Assembly (NCBI GenBank): GCA_964291675.2
Contig: OZ219866.1
Coordinates: 1,408,001-1,472,000 of the forward strand
Source: Alphaproteobacteria bacterium
GTDB lineage: Bacteria > Pseudomonadota > Alphaproteobacteria > MPNO01
Direction of reading: 5' to 3'
Length of the DNA stretch: 64,000 bases
The stretch's first letter is position 1. Each line of letters starts with the position of its first letter. This document shows, piece by piece, positions 41,789 to 51,903 of this stretch. The notes below the pieces were generated by a model. It did no database searches, was not told the origin of the DNA, and saw only the letters and a list, made by a program, of their open reading frames with translations. The position numbers and the translations under genes were made by a program.

Positions 41789-42262
41789 GTGATCCGGGTC
41801 CAGGAAGAGGATTTCGACGTCGGCGCCGAGCTCGACCGCCTCTCCGCCGAGGCCAGGGGCGCGGGCGCGGTGAGCTGCTTCGTCGGGCTGGTGCGCGACT
41901 TCTCCGGCGGCGGGCCGGTGAGCGCGATGACGCTCGAACACTATCCCGGCATGACCGAACGCCAGCTCGCCGGGATCGAGGCCGAGGCGCGGTCGCGCTG
42001 GCCGCTGGACGCGGTGCTCATCGTCCACCGCTACGGCCGGCTCGAGCCGGGCGCGCGCATCGTGCTCTGCGCCACCGCGTCGGCGCATCGCCGGGCGGCG
42101 ATCGATGCGTGCAGCTTCCTGATCGACTGGCTCAAGACCAAGGCGCCGTTCTGGAAGCTGGAGGAGACGCCGGACGGCGAGCGCTGGGTCGATTCCGACC
42201 CCGACGACGCTCTGGCCGAGGAGCGCTGGGCCGCGCCCGGGGCCCGGCGCGGCGATGGCTGA
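41789..42262 (+). CDS. moaE: Molybdopterin synthase catalytic subunit
   Basis: FVGLVR, LEHYPGM, HRYG, LKTKAPFWK. Confidence 0.94.
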   Translation: MIRVQEEDFDVGAELDRLSAEARGAGAVSCFVGLVRDFSGGGPVSAMTLEHYPGMTERQLAGIEAEARSRWPLDAVLIVHRYGRLEPGARIVLCATASAHRRAAIDACSFLIDWLKTKAPFWKLEETPDGERWVDSDPDDALAEERWAAPGARRGDG

Positions 42263-43061
42263 GCCGACGGCGTCGATCCGGGCGCTTTACGGGTCGGACG
42301 GGCTGGTCGAGCGCATCCTCGCCGCGCTCGCCGCCGACGGCCAGGACGTGGGCAACCCGACGGTCGAGATGTTCCAGCATGTCGACCAGCTGCATGGCGG
42401 CGGTCTCGCCCAGACCGAGGCGCTGTGCGGGCTCGCCGGCGTGGCGGAGGGCATGCGGGTGCTCGACGCCGGTTGCGGCATCGGCGGTTCGTCGCGCTAT
42501 CTCGCCCATGTCCATGGCTGCGCGGTCGCGGCGATCGACGTGACGCGCGAATATGTCGAGGCGGCGGATCGCCTGAACGCGCTCTGCCGGCTCGACGGGC
42601 GGATCGCGACGCGGGAGGGCAGCGTCACCGACCTGCCCTACCCGGACGGCAGCTTCGATCTCGTCTGGTGCCAGAACGTGTCGATGAACGTCGCCGACAA
42701 GGCGCGCATGTTCGCCGAGGCCCACCGCGTGCTGGTCCCCGGCGGGCGCTACGCGCTGAGCCACGCGGCCTCTGGCCCGGCGGGCGGGCCGCACTACCCG
42801 CTGCCCTGGGCGCGGGATGCGTCCTACAGCTTCCCCGGCACGCCCGACGAAATCCTCGACGCCCTCGCGGCGGCCGGCTTCCGCGTCGTCGAGAACCGCG
42901 GCGAGGGCGCCGTCGGCGGCCAGCGCGGCCAGCGCCCGCGCCCCGGGCTCGGCGCCGGGATCGCGCTCGGCGGGGATTTGCGCGAACGCCTGCTCAACTC
43001 CATCCGCTCCGCAGAGGAGGGCAGGCTGGTCGGCATGCTGGTGATCGCCGAGCGGGGGTGA
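42255..43061 (+). CDS. Class I SAM-dependent methyltransferase
   Basis: DQLHGGG, VLDAGCGIGG, LPYPDGSFD. Confidence 0.88.
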   Translation: MAEPTASIRALYGSDGLVERILAALAADGQDVGNPTVEMFQHVDQLHGGGLAQTEALCGLAGVAEGMRVLDAGCGIGGSSRYLAHVHGCAVAAIDVTREYVEAADRLNALCRLDGRIATREGSVTDLPYPDGSFDLVWCQNVSMNVADKARMFAEAHRVLVPGGRYALSHAASGPAGGPHYPLPWARDASYSFPGTPDEILDALAAAGFRVVENRGEGAVGGQRGQRPRPGLGAGIALGGDLRERLLNSIRSAEEGRLVGMLVIAERG

Positions 43062-43062
43062 G

Positions 43063-43086
43063 GCGAACCGCAGCAAGGCGGTTCGC
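43063..43086. terminator. GC-rich hairpin between convergent genes
   Basis: GCGAACCGC-N6-GCGGTTCGC; no U-tract. Confidence 0.35.
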
Positions 43087-43163
43087 TCACGGACGCACCG
43101 GTGCGGGGAATGCGGTCGGACTCTGCCAGTCTCCGACCGGCCGCTTTCTTGGCCGCGTGGGCG

Positions 43164-44021
43164 CTATCGAGTGGGCTCACTCCGATGCGCCCGGAATTCG
43201 CCTTCTAGCGCCGTCACAAGGTCGTCCGCGTCGCTCTCGTCCAACACCTCCGCGGTGAAGCGAGCGCCCTCCAGTATTCGTTTGGCTGCCTTGTAGGCAG
43301 GTATGAGGGCGGCATTTCGAGGAAGGCCCAAGAAGAAATGCAGGTCGATATCCTCGCTCTTTCCTTCCCACACAGCGGCGAGATGGCCTCTCCAACGCCT
43401 TGCCTTGTCCTTGATGCGGTCGGCGTCGGCGAGGTCGAATGACACGGGCTCATAGGCGTGCCAGCGACCGTTCTTCCAAGCGTTCTTGAACGCGATCCGA
43501 TCCTGCGTTCCCGTGACCGTTTTCGGCTCGAACGGAACGAAGACCTCCCGCTCGGTCAACGCCTCGAAGATCGGCCGCCATACGTCCTCGTCCGTGCGCC
43601 GCCGTTCGACCCTGCTGTCATAGTGGGCCACGTAGCGTTCGTAGAGACGCTCGAAGGTCTTGGCCGGATCGGTTGTCAGGCCGGTGCCCGCCGGAGACCA
43701 CTGCAGGGCGCTGTCATCGTCGGGAAGAAGCTTCAGAGCGAGACTTCTGGCGTCGACTTCCCCGTGCAAGAGACGCTGGCCCTTCGTCCGCCTGGCGACA
43801 TCCGCGAATCCGCGATCAACAGCCTTCATCGCCGAGACGAAGGCTTGGCGGTCCAGGTCCGGAAACACATGCCGGAGACGCCAAACTGTCTTGCGGGTCC
43901 TTACTTCGAAATAGTCCCCTGATCGGACGTGCATGACCACGCCGACATTCAGCGCCTCGCCTGACACCACGTCATGCACATACCGCAGGATCGTATAGCT
44001 GTAGGCTTGTTTCTCGGTCAT
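43164..44021 (-). CDS. DUF3037-domain protein, partner of the HipA-like kinase
   Basis: YTILRYVHD..GEALNVGVV; restriction-endonuclease-like C-terminal half (YEPVSFDL); ATGA coupling to the kinase. Confidence 0.78.
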   Translation of the reverse strand: MTEKQAYSYTILRYVHDVVSGEALNVGVVMHVRSGDYFEVRTRKTVWRLRHVFPDLDRQAFVSAMKAVDRGFADVARRTKGQRLLHGEVDARSLALKLLPDDDSALQWSPAGTGLTTDPAKTFERLYERYVAHYDSRVERRRTDEDVWRPIFEALTEREVFVPFEPKTVTGTQDRIAFKNAWKNGRWHAYEPVSFDLADADRIKDKARRWRGHLAAVWEGKSEDIDLHFFLGLPRNAALIPAYKAAKRILEGARFTAEVLDESDADDLVTALEGEFRAHRSEPTR

Positions 44022-44278
44022 TTCAGCACTCGCTCTATTTCGGCGATGACCCCGTCTATGTTGTCTCTGGCGCGTGCGATCTGCGTCAGCGCCTTATCGA
44101 CCGCAGGGAGCGCCGGGCTCCATTCCGGCGGGATGCCGGCACGATACTCTTCCAACCGAGCATCGGACACCCCGGACCATATGGTCGGCAACGCGGCAAC
44201 ATCGAGGTCTCGGTGCTTGAGTCCCGCGCAAAAGATATGCCCGTCCGGCTGATCCAGCCAGTCCAGGCCACCCGTCAG

Positions 44279-45728
44279 GATCGTGTCCCGCCACGTGGTG
44301 TAAGAGCCCGGCGCCGATCGCGGTATCCGGCGTGTTGGGCCGGTAGGGTCAGGCTGCCACGGCGGGCGGCTTGACGGTGAGATTGTCGCTGGTCTGAGCG
44401 ATGGATTCCAGTGTCATGTATCTCCTTGCGACGGCCCACTCGTCGTTCTGCTCGAGCAGGATGGCGCCGACCAGGCGGGTGACGGCGTCTTCGTTGGGGA
44501 AGATGCCGACGACGTTGGTTCGGCGCTTGATCTCGGCATGGACCCGCTCGATGGGGTTGGTCGAGTGGAGCTTGGTTCGGTGCTCCCTGGGGAAGGTCAT
44601 GTAGGCGAGGACGTCGTGCTCGGCGTCGTCCATGAGGGTGGCGAGCTTGGGCGCCTTGGGCCTGAGCTGGTCGGCGACCAGGCGCCACTGGGCGCTCGCG
44701 GCCTGGGCGTCGTCCTGGGCGAAGGCGGTGGCGACGAAGGCAGACACGACGCGCCTTCCCTGACGGCCGGCATGGGCCAGCAGGTTGCGCATGAAGTGGA
44801 TGCGGCAGCGCTGCCAGGTGGCGCCGAGGATGCGGGTCGCGGCGGCCTTCAACCCCTTGTGGTCGTCGGAGATCACCAGCTTGACGCCCTTGAGCCCGCG
44901 GCCGGTCAGCGCGCGCAGGAAGGCGGTCCAGAAGGTCTCGGCCTCGGAGTGGCCGATCGCCATGCCGAGCACCTCGCGCCGGCCCTGGTCGTTGACCGCC
45001 ACCGCGACGGTCACCGCGACCGGGACGATGCGCCCGATCTCGCGCATCTTGATATAGGTCGCATCCAGCCACAGATAGGGCCACTCGCCCTCCAGCGGCC
45101 GGTCGAGGAAGCTCTCGATCTTGTCGTCGATCTCGGCGCACAGCCTGGACACCTGGCTCTTGGAGATGCCCGACATCCCCATCGCCTGCACCAGGTCGTC
45201 GACCGAGCGCGTCGACACGCCCTGGATGTAGGCCTCCTGGATCACCGCCGTGAGTGCCTTCTCGGCCATCCGGCGCGGTTCCAGGAAGCCGGGGAAGTAG
45301 CTCCCCGTCCTGAGCTTCGGGATCCTCAGCGCCACCGTGCCGGCGCGGGTCTCCCAGGCCCGCTCGCGGTAGCCGTTGCGCTGCGTGATCCGCTCCGGCG
45401 TGCGCTCGCCATGGGCGGCGCCGGTCAGCCCTTCCACCTCCAGCGCCATCAGACGCTCGGCCGAGAAGCCGATCATCTCGCGCAGCAGATCGGCGTCGGA
45501 ACTCTTCTCCAAAAGCCCGCGCAGGGCCATCATGTCGTCGGTCATCGCGGTTCCTCCTCAGGTTCGGGTTGGCGTTGCACGACCCAACCCTAAACCGGAA
45601 CCGCGATGGCCTCCGCTGTGGATAAGCAGCCCGCCGCCGCCAGACTCGCGGCGGTCGCGGCGGCGCGCTGCTTACCCACAGCTACAAACCAAGGCCAGAG
45701 CTCCTACACCACGTCTGGGGACACGACC
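44279..45728 (-). mobile_element. IS256-family insertion sequence
   Basis: 8-bp TSD CCCGTCAG (44271-44278, 45729-45736); imperfect ~29-bp terminal IRs. Confidence 0.95.
44349..45545 (-). CDS. IS256 (Mutator) DDE transposase
   Basis: [34 protein letters not shown]. Confidence 0.96.
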   Translation of the reverse strand: MTDDMMALRGLLEKSSDADLLREMIGFSAERLMALEVEGLTGAAHGERTPERITQRNGYRERAWETRAGTVALRIPKLRTGSYFPGFLEPRRMAEKALTAVIQEAYIQGVSTRSVDDLVQAMGMSGISKSQVSRLCAEIDDKIESFLDRPLEGEWPYLWLDATYIKMREIGRIVPVAVTVAVAVNDQGRREVLGMAIGHSEAETFWTAFLRALTGRGLKGVKLVISDDHKGLKAAATRILGATWQRCRIHFMRNLLAHAGRQGRRVVSAFVATAFAQDDAQAASAQWRLVADQLRPKAPKLATLMDDAEHDVLAYMTFPREHRTKLHSTNPIERVHAEIKRRTNVVGIFPNEDAVTRLVGAILLEQNDEWAVARRYMTLESIAQTSDNLTVKPPAVAA

Positions 45729-46343
45729 CCCGTCAGCCAGGGCGGTCGCCTGCCGATGGCCATTGTCGTCGCCGTGAACCCAAGCTCGTGGTCGATCAGG
45801 AAAATGTGATTCCCCTAGACGAGGCAGTTGGGGTTGGATACCCGCCGATCCGGGTTTTCAATGACGGCATCGAACACCAGCGCCGACAATGCCACCGGCA
45901 GCATGGCCTCTGCGATCCGGCCACCCGAACTCCAGACGCTGAACTGGTTGCCAACCTTCGCCGAGCCAAAGCCGACGGACGAGCTTTCCCGAAGACGCGA
46001 CGCCAGGTTCCTGTCGGCCACGACTTCCGACAGTGCCGGCGGTATATCCACCAGATAGGACGCCGGTACCGGCAAGCCGAGGTCTTTTGCAAGGGATGCT
46101 GCGACCACCTCACGCGCCAAATTCGTGACCCCTTCTTCGCAGCCGGCGGATAGCTTGCAGAACAGTTCGACAGGGGAATTCGTGTCCGCTCCGCACAGCA
46201 TCAGGAGGACACCGGTTCGGCCTGCGGTGGCGGATCGAATGATCTCGTCTGCTGCGATGCGGTCCGGCAAACCGCGCTCCTAGCCGTCCGCCCCGATGCG
46301 GGAGGGTTGGTGATCGCCGAGCAGTGGCGAGGCCCCTCCGCCG

Positions 46344-47213
46344 CTAGGTCTTGCCCACCTCGGCGTCGTAGGCGTCCATCAGGGTGCGGGTGACCGGGCC
46401 GACCTGGAGGTGGAGGTCGTCGATCTGGCCGACCGGGGTGACCTCTGCGGCGGTGCCGGTGACGAAGATCTCGTCCGCCTTTTCCAGCTCGTCGGGCATG
46501 ATCGCGCGCTCGACCGTCTCGATCCCCCGGTCCCTGGCGAGCCCGATCACGGTGCGCCGGGTGATGCCGTCGAGGAAGCAGTCGGGCGTCGGCGTGTGCA
46601 GCGTTCCGTTCTCGACCAGGAAGATGTTCGCGCCGGTGGTCTCGGCCACCCGGCCGCGCCAGTCGAGCATCAGCGCGTCGTCGAAACCGTCCGCCTCGGC
46701 CTCGTGCTTGGACAGCGTGCAGATCATGTAGAGCCCGGCCGCCTTGGAATGCACCGGGGCGGTGTCCGGCGACGGCCGCCGCCACGGCGCGCGCTTGAGG
46801 CGGATCCCCTTGAGCCGCGCCTCGGGCGAGAAATAGGACGGCCATTCCCACACCGCGATGGCGACGTTGATCCTGGTCTGCTGCGCCGAGACCCCCATCA
46901 TCTCGCTGCCGCGCCAGGCGACCGGGCGGACATAGGCGTCGGCAAACCCCTGCGCGGCCACGGTCTCGTCGGTCGCTCGTTCCAGCTCCTCCAGCGAGTA
47001 GGGAAGCTCGAATCCGAGCGCCGCGGCGGAGTCGATCAGACGCTGGGTATGCTCGCGCAGCCGGAACACCGCGCCCGAATAGACCCGCTCGCCCTCGAAC
47101 ACGCAGCTCGCGTAGTGCAGCCCGTGGCTCAGCACGTGGAGCTTGCAGTCGCGCCATTCCCGGAGCGCGCCGTTGAACCAGATCCGGCCGTCCTGGTCGT
47201 CGAAATCGATCAT
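46344..47213 (-). CDS. ilvE: Branched-chain amino acid aminotransferase
   Basis: HGLHY..VFEG, KAAGLY, GANIF, LDGITR, TGTAAEV. Confidence 0.93.
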   Translation of the reverse strand: MIDFDDQDGRIWFNGALREWRDCKLHVLSHGLHYASCVFEGERVYSGAVFRLREHTQRLIDSAAALGFELPYSLEELERATDETVAAQGFADAYVRPVAWRGSEMMGVSAQQTRINVAIAVWEWPSYFSPEARLKGIRLKRAPWRRPSPDTAPVHSKAAGLYMICTLSKHEAEADGFDDALMLDWRGRVAETTGANIFLVENGTLHTPTPDCFLDGITRRTVIGLARDRGIETVERAIMPDELEKADEIFVTGTAAEVTPVGQIDDLHLQVGPVTRTLMDAYDAEVGKT

Positions 47214-47306
47214 TTGCCCACCACCGCGCCGGCACCGGCGCGCGCTGCATTCGTGACGATTTTGCTGCGCGATTCGCTTGCCCGCGTATCAGCCGCGAGC
47301 AATTAT

Positions 47307-47321
47307 GTCAACATGGTTGAC
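47307..47321. promoter_or_regulatory. Palindromic operator overlapping the MarR start codon
   Basis: GTCAAC-ATG-GTTGAC. Confidence 0.55.
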
Positions 47322-47807
47322 TTAAAACCGGGCTTCAACCCGCTGTTCCTGCGCGAGGAGGATCTGCGCCAGGGGATCGAGCTGCTGTTCTATGCCTATC
47401 GCGACTTCACCGGCCAGCCGGACGCGATCCTGACCGAGCTCGGCTTCGGGCGCGCCCATCACCGGACGATCTATTTCATCGGCCGCAACCCCGGCATCAC
47501 CGTCTCGCAGCTCCTCGACATCCTGAAGGTGTCCAAGCAGAGCCTGTCGCGCGTGCTCGGCCAGCTGGTGCGCGAGGGCTATGTGGAGTCCGGCGCCGGC
47601 ACCCGCGACCGGCGCCAGCGCATGCTGAACCTCACCGAGAAGGGTATCGCGCTGGAACGCCGCCTGACCGAGAACCAGCGCAGCCGGATCGCGCGCGCCT
47701 ACCGGGAGGCTGGCGCCGAGGCGGTCGACGGCTACCGCAAGGTGCTGCTCGGCATCATCGACGAGCGCGAGCGGGAGAAGGTGCTGGCCAGGCTGGCCGG
47801 CGGCTGA
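47313..47807 (+). CDS. MarR family regulator (PetP-like)
   Basis: FGRAHHR, SKQSLSRVL, DRRQRML.LT.KG. Confidence 0.9.
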   Translation: MVDLKPGFNPLFLREEDLRQGIELLFYAYRDFTGQPDAILTELGFGRAHHRTIYFIGRNPGITVSQLLDILKVSKQSLSRVLGQLVREGYVESGAGTRDRRQRMLNLTEKGIALERRLTENQRSRIARAYREAGAEAVDGYRKVLLGIIDEREREKVLARLAGG

Positions 47808-47811
47808 CCCC

Positions 47812-49143
47812 ATGCTGAGCGCCGAGCAGAACGACCGCCTGACGCGCACCGGCCCGGGGACCGAGATGGGGGCGGTGATGCGCCGCTACTGGCAGCCCGT
47901 CGCCCTGGTCGAGGAGCTGCCCGACGAGCGCCCGGTCAAGGACGTCCGCGTCCTCGGCGAGGATCTGGTGGTGTTCCGCGACGACCGGGGCCGCTACGGC
48001 GCGCTCGCCCGGCGCTGCGCCCACCGCGCCGGCGACCTCGCCTATGGGCGCTGCGAGGACGGCGGGCTGCGCTGCCCCTATCACGGCTGGCTCTACGCCG
48101 TCGACGGGCGCTGCCTGGAACAGCCCGCCGAGCCGCCCGGCTCGACCTACCACGAGCGCGTCCGCCAGCCCGCTTTTCCCTGCGTCGAGCGCAACGGCAT
48201 CGTCTACGGCTATATGGGCGGCGGCGAGGCGCCGCCATTGCCCGGCTTCGACTGGTTCGACGCGCCCGCGAGCCACTGCTTCGCCTTCAAGGCGCTGCAG
48301 CGGGCGAACTGGCTGCAGGCGGTCGAGGGCGAGATCGACCCGGCGCATCTCTCCTACCTGCACCGATACCTCGACGACGACGCGGAGGGCGACGGCTCCT
48401 ACGGCTTCAGCCAATTCCTCGCGGCGACCGACGAGTCCGACGTCTCGGTCACCGCCATCCTGCGCGAGGTGACCAACCCGAGGCTCGAGATCGCGCGGAC
48501 CGATTACGGGGTGCGCATCTTCGCGCTGCGCGACCGGGGCGACGTGACCTATGTGCGGGTGACCAACTATCTCTTCCCGCACACCGCCGTGGTGTCGGTC
48601 GGCGACTGGACGCTGGTGCAGGTCCACGTGCCGATCGACGACGCGAGCAACTGGCGCTACGACGTGTTCTACGACTTCCGCGCACCCATCGACCGGGAGG
48701 CGCTCAGGGCGGAGAAGCTCGAGACCTACGAGGTGCCGGGCTACACGCCGAAGCGGAACCGGGAGAACCGCTACGGCTTCTCCGCCGCCGAGCAGCGCGC
48801 CGGCACCTATGCCGGGGTGGGTTACGACTTCAACATCCACGACACGATGATCCTGGAAGGCCAGGGCGCGATCCAGGACCGCAGCCGGGAGAACCTCGCC
48901 TATACCGACATGGCGATCGTCGCCGCGCGCCGGATGCTGACCGAGGCGCTCGACGGCGCGATCCCCCTGCCGATGACCGAGGGCGCGGCGGCCCGCTACG
49001 ACCACCTGGTCAGCATCGACACGGTCGCTCCCAGCGGGGCGTGGCGGCGCGCATGGGTCGCCAAGCAGATCGAGCGCCGGGCGCGGTCGGTCTGGGCCGG
49101 CGGCATCGCGTCAGCGCGACTGGAGGCCATGCTCGGGCCCTGA
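47812..49143 (+). CDS. Rieske oxygenase (phthalate 4,5-dioxygenase-like clade)
   Basis: N..LTRTGPGT.MG..RRYW, CAHR..CPYH, IDPAHLSYLH. Confidence 0.88.
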   Translation: MLSAEQNDRLTRTGPGTEMGAVMRRYWQPVALVEELPDERPVKDVRVLGEDLVVFRDDRGRYGALARRCAHRAGDLAYGRCEDGGLRCPYHGWLYAVDGRCLEQPAEPPGSTYHERVRQPAFPCVERNGIVYGYMGGGEAPPLPGFDWFDAPASHCFAFKALQRANWLQAVEGEIDPAHLSYLHRYLDDDAEGDGSYGFSQFLAATDESDVSVTAILREVTNPRLEIARTDYGVRIFALRDRGDVTYVRVTNYLFPHTAVVSVGDWTLVQVHVPIDDASNWRYDVFYDFRAPIDREALRAEKLETYEVPGYTPKRNRENRYGFSAAEQRAGTYAGVGYDFNIHDTMILEGQGAIQDRSRENLAYTDMAIVAARRMLTEALDGAIPLPMTEGAAARYDHLVSIDTVAPSGAWRRAWVAKQIERRARSVWAGGIASARLEAMLGP

Positions 49144-49195
49144 GGCGGCGGCGGCGCTGCTTGCGCCGCGCACCGCCGCCCGGCACAGTCGGGCG

Positions 49196-49735
49196 ATGGC
49201 AAGCAAGCCCGCCGGCCCCTCGCTCCGCTCCATCCCCGAAGGCGACGACCGGGAGCGGCTGATCTGCCCCGATTGCGGGTTCATCTCCTACGACAACCCC
49301 AAGGTCGTGGTCGGCTCGGTGGCGGCGTGGGACGGGAAGATCCTGCTCTGCCGGCGCGCGATCCCGCCGCGGAGCGGTCTGTGGACGCTGCCGGCCGGCT
49401 ATCTGGAGCTCAACGAGACCAGCGAGGCCGGGGCGCTGCGCGAGGCGTGGGAGGAGGCCCGGGCGCGGCTTGCCATCGACGGGCTGCTCGCCGTCTACAA
49501 CATCCCGCGCATCAGCCAGGTGCAGCTGATCTACCGCGCCCGGCTGGTCTCCCCCGAGATCGACGTCGGCGAGGAGAGCGAGGAGGTCGCGCTGTTCGAC
49601 TGGGCCGACATACCGTGGCAGGAGATCGCCTTCCCCTCGGTGAAATGGGCGCTTGCGCACTACCGGGAGAGCGCCGGGAGGCCGCTGGCGGCGCCCCGCG
49701 CCAACCCGCCGGGCGAGGTCGGCGACCTCGAATAG
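49196..49735 (+). CDS. Zinc-ribbon NUDIX hydrolase
   Basis: CPDCG..YDNPK, GYLELNE..GALREAWEE. Confidence 0.9.
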   Translation: MASKPAGPSLRSIPEGDDRERLICPDCGFISYDNPKVVVGSVAAWDGKILLCRRAIPPRSGLWTLPAGYLELNETSEAGALREAWEEARARLAIDGLLAVYNIPRISQVQLIYRARLVSPEIDVGEESEEVALFDWADIPWQEIAFPSVKWALAHYRESAGRPLAAPRANPPGEVGDLE

Positions 49736-50662
49736 TCAGTCCACCAGCCCCACCAGCCGGTCCGCGAAAGCCGTCGGGTCGAAGGGTTGCAAATCGTCTT
49801 CCGACTCGCCGACGCCGATGGCGTGCACCGGCAGGCCGAAACGCTCGGCGAGCGCCACCAGCACCCCGCCCTTCGCGGTGCCGTCGAGCTTGGTGACGAT
49901 CAGCCCGGTCACGTCGGTCATCTCCCGGAAGGTGCCGACCTGGGCGTGGGTGTTCTGGCCGGTCGTGGCGTCGAGCACCAGCAGGCAGTCATGCGGCGCT
50001 TCCGGGTCGAGCTTCCTCATCACCCGGACGATCTTCTGCAGCTCGGCCATCAGGTCGCCGCGGTTCTGCAGCCTTCCCGCGGTGTCGACCAGCAGCACCT
50101 CGGCGCCGTCGCGCCGCGCCCCTTCCAGCGCGTCGAACACCAGCCCCGCCGCGTCCGAGCCGGTGGCGCGCGAGACCACCGGGCAGCCGACCCGCTCGCC
50201 CCACAGCTCGAGCTGGCTGACGGCGGCGGCGCGGAAGGTGTCGCCCGCCGCCATCGTCACCCGGCGGCCCTCGCCCCGGAGGCGTTTGGCGAGCTTGCCG
50301 ACCGTCGTCGTCTTGCCGGTACCGTTGACGCCGACCACCAGCACCACGTGCGGGCGGTTGCCGGGGTCCACGGCGAGCGGCTGCGCCACCGGTTCGAGGA
50401 TGCGCGCGATGTCGGCGGCGAGCAGGGCGCGCACGTCGTCGGCGTCGAGATCCCTTTCCACACGCCGCCGGGCGAGCGCGCCGGTCAGCCGGGATGCCGC
50501 CTCCACCCCGAGATCGGCGCCGATCAGCAGCTCCTCGAGCTCGCCCAGCGTCGCCTCGTCGAGCCGGCGCCCGGCGAAGATCCCGGCGATCCCGCCCGAG
50601 AGCCGCGCCGAGCTCCGCGACAGCCCGGCGCTCAGCCGGCCGAGCCAGCCCCGCTCGCTCAT
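49736..50662 (-). CDS. ftsY: Signal recognition particle receptor
   Basis: GVNGTGKTTT, DTFRAAA, DTAGR, TKLDGTAKGG. Confidence 0.96.
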   Translation of the reverse strand: MSERGWLGRLSAGLSRSSARLSGGIAGIFAGRRLDEATLGELEELLIGADLGVEAASRLTGALARRRVERDLDADDVRALLAADIARILEPVAQPLAVDPGNRPHVVLVVGVNGTGKTTTVGKLAKRLRGEGRRVTMAAGDTFRAAAVSQLELWGERVGCPVVSRATGSDAAGLVFDALEGARRDGAEVLLVDTAGRLQNRGDLMAELQKIVRVMRKLDPEAPHDCLLVLDATTGQNTHAQVGTFREMTDVTGLIVTKLDGTAKGGVLVALAERFGLPVHAIGVGESEDDLQPFDPTAFADRLVGLVD

Positions 50663-51903
50663 CCCTCCACCACGCCCCGCAGCACCCCGTCCGCCTGTCC
50701 CGTCACCCGCACGGCGACGATGCTGCCCGGTGCCGCCGGCCGGTCGAGCGCGATTCGGGCGTATTGCTCGGTGCGGCCGCCATCCGGCGTCTCGACCAGG
50801 ACCCGCTCGCGCCGGCCGCGCCTTGTCTCCAAATGGCGGGCTAGGCGGTCCTTGGCCAGCCGCCTGAGCGCCGCCGCGCGCGTCTTGCGCACCGGGCGCG
50901 GGACCTGCGGCATGCGGGAAGCCGGCGTGCCGGGACGCTCCGAATAGGGGAACACGTGGAGCCAGGTGAGCCCCGCCTCGGCGACCAGGGATTCGGTCTC
51001 GCCGAACATGGCGTCGGTTTCGGTCGGGAAGCCGGCGATCAGATCGGCGCCGAACACCGCGTCGGGCCGCAACCGCCGCGCCTCGCGACAAAACCCGACC
51101 ACGTCGGCGCGGCCGTGGCGCCGGCGCATGCGCTTCAGGATCAGATCCGATCCCGCCTGGACGCTCAGGTGGAAATGCGGCATCAGCCGCTCCTCCGCGG
51201 CGATGGCGCGAAGGAGTTCGGCATCGATCTCCGACGGGTCCAGCGAGGAGAGCCGCAGCCGGGGCAGCTCCGGCACCTCGGCGAGGATGCGCCCGACCAG
51301 CGCGCCGAGTCCCGCCCCGTTCGCCAGGTCGCTGCCGTAATCGGTGATGTCGACCCCGGTCAGCACCGCCTCGCGGTAGCCGTTGCCGGCGAGACGGCGG
51401 ATCTGGGCGATCACCGCGTCGGGCGCCAGCGACCGGTTGGGCCCGCGCGCGAAGGGGATGATGCAGAACGTGCAGCGATGGTCGCAGCCCTGCTGGATCT
51501 GGACGAAGGCCCGGGCGCGGCCCTCGATTCCGTCGATCAGGTGGGCCGCGCCCTCGCGCGCCGCCATGATGTCGCCAACCGCGCGTTGCGGGGCGCGCGG
51601 CGCGTAGCTCGACGCCGACAGCTTCTCCCGGTTGCCGAGCACGCGGTCGACCTCGGGCATGGCGGCGTAGCGGCCGGGATCGAGCTGGGCCGCGCAGCCG
51701 GCGACCACGATCCGCTTCTGCGGCGACTCCCGCCTGGCGCGGCGGATCGCCTGGCGCGCCTGGCGTTCGGCCTCCGCCGTCACCGCGCAGGTGTTGACGA
51801 TCACCGCGTCGACGAGCCCGGCCTCGGCGGCGCGGCGGCGGATGATCTCCGATTCCAGCGCGTTGAGGCGGCAGCCGAAGGTGACGATCTCGGGCGCGCT
51901 CAT
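50659..51903 (-). CDS. mtaB: tRNA t6A37 methylthiotransferase
   Basis: TFGCRLN, NTCAVT, GCDHRCTFC. Confidence 0.93.
   Translation of the reverse strand: MSAPEIVTFGCRLNALESEIIRRRAAEAGLVDAVIVNTCAVTAEAERQARQAIRRARRESPQKRIVVAGCAAQLDPGRYAAMPEVDRVLGNREKLSASSYAPRAPQRAVGDIMAAREGAAHLIDGIEGRARAFVQIQQGCDHRCTFCIIPFARGPNRSLAPDAVIAQIRRLAGNGYREAVLTGVDITDYGSDLANGAGLGALVGRILAEVPELPRLRLSSLDPSEIDAELLRAIAAEERLMPHFHLSVQAGSDLILKRMRRRHGRADVVGFCREARRLRPDAVFGADLIAGFPTETDAMFGETESLVAEAGLTWLHVFPYSERPGTPASRMPQVPRPVRKTRAAALRRLAKDRLARHLETRRGRRERVLVETPDGGRTEQYARIALDRPAAPGSIVAVRVTGQADGVLRGVVEG

Larger units (their letters stand above)
44018..46270 (-). pseudogene. HipA-like kinase disrupted by an in-frame TAG and an IS256 insertion
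   Basis: LFCK, REVVA..LGLPVP, FDAVIENPDR..NPN-C-L-V-*(45815)-GNHIFLIDH. Removing the IS and one TSD copy restores the frame to TGA at 44018. Confidence 0.85.

Noticed and set aside
45618-45680. DnaA-box pair TGTGGATAA / TTACCCACA as a host replication site
   Set aside because: Lies inside the IS256 end region as an inverted repeat; it belongs to the element
45815-45817. Pyrrolysine or programmed read-through of the kinase TAG
   Set aside because: No pyl context, and the gene is also IS-disrupted; a nonsense mutation is simpler
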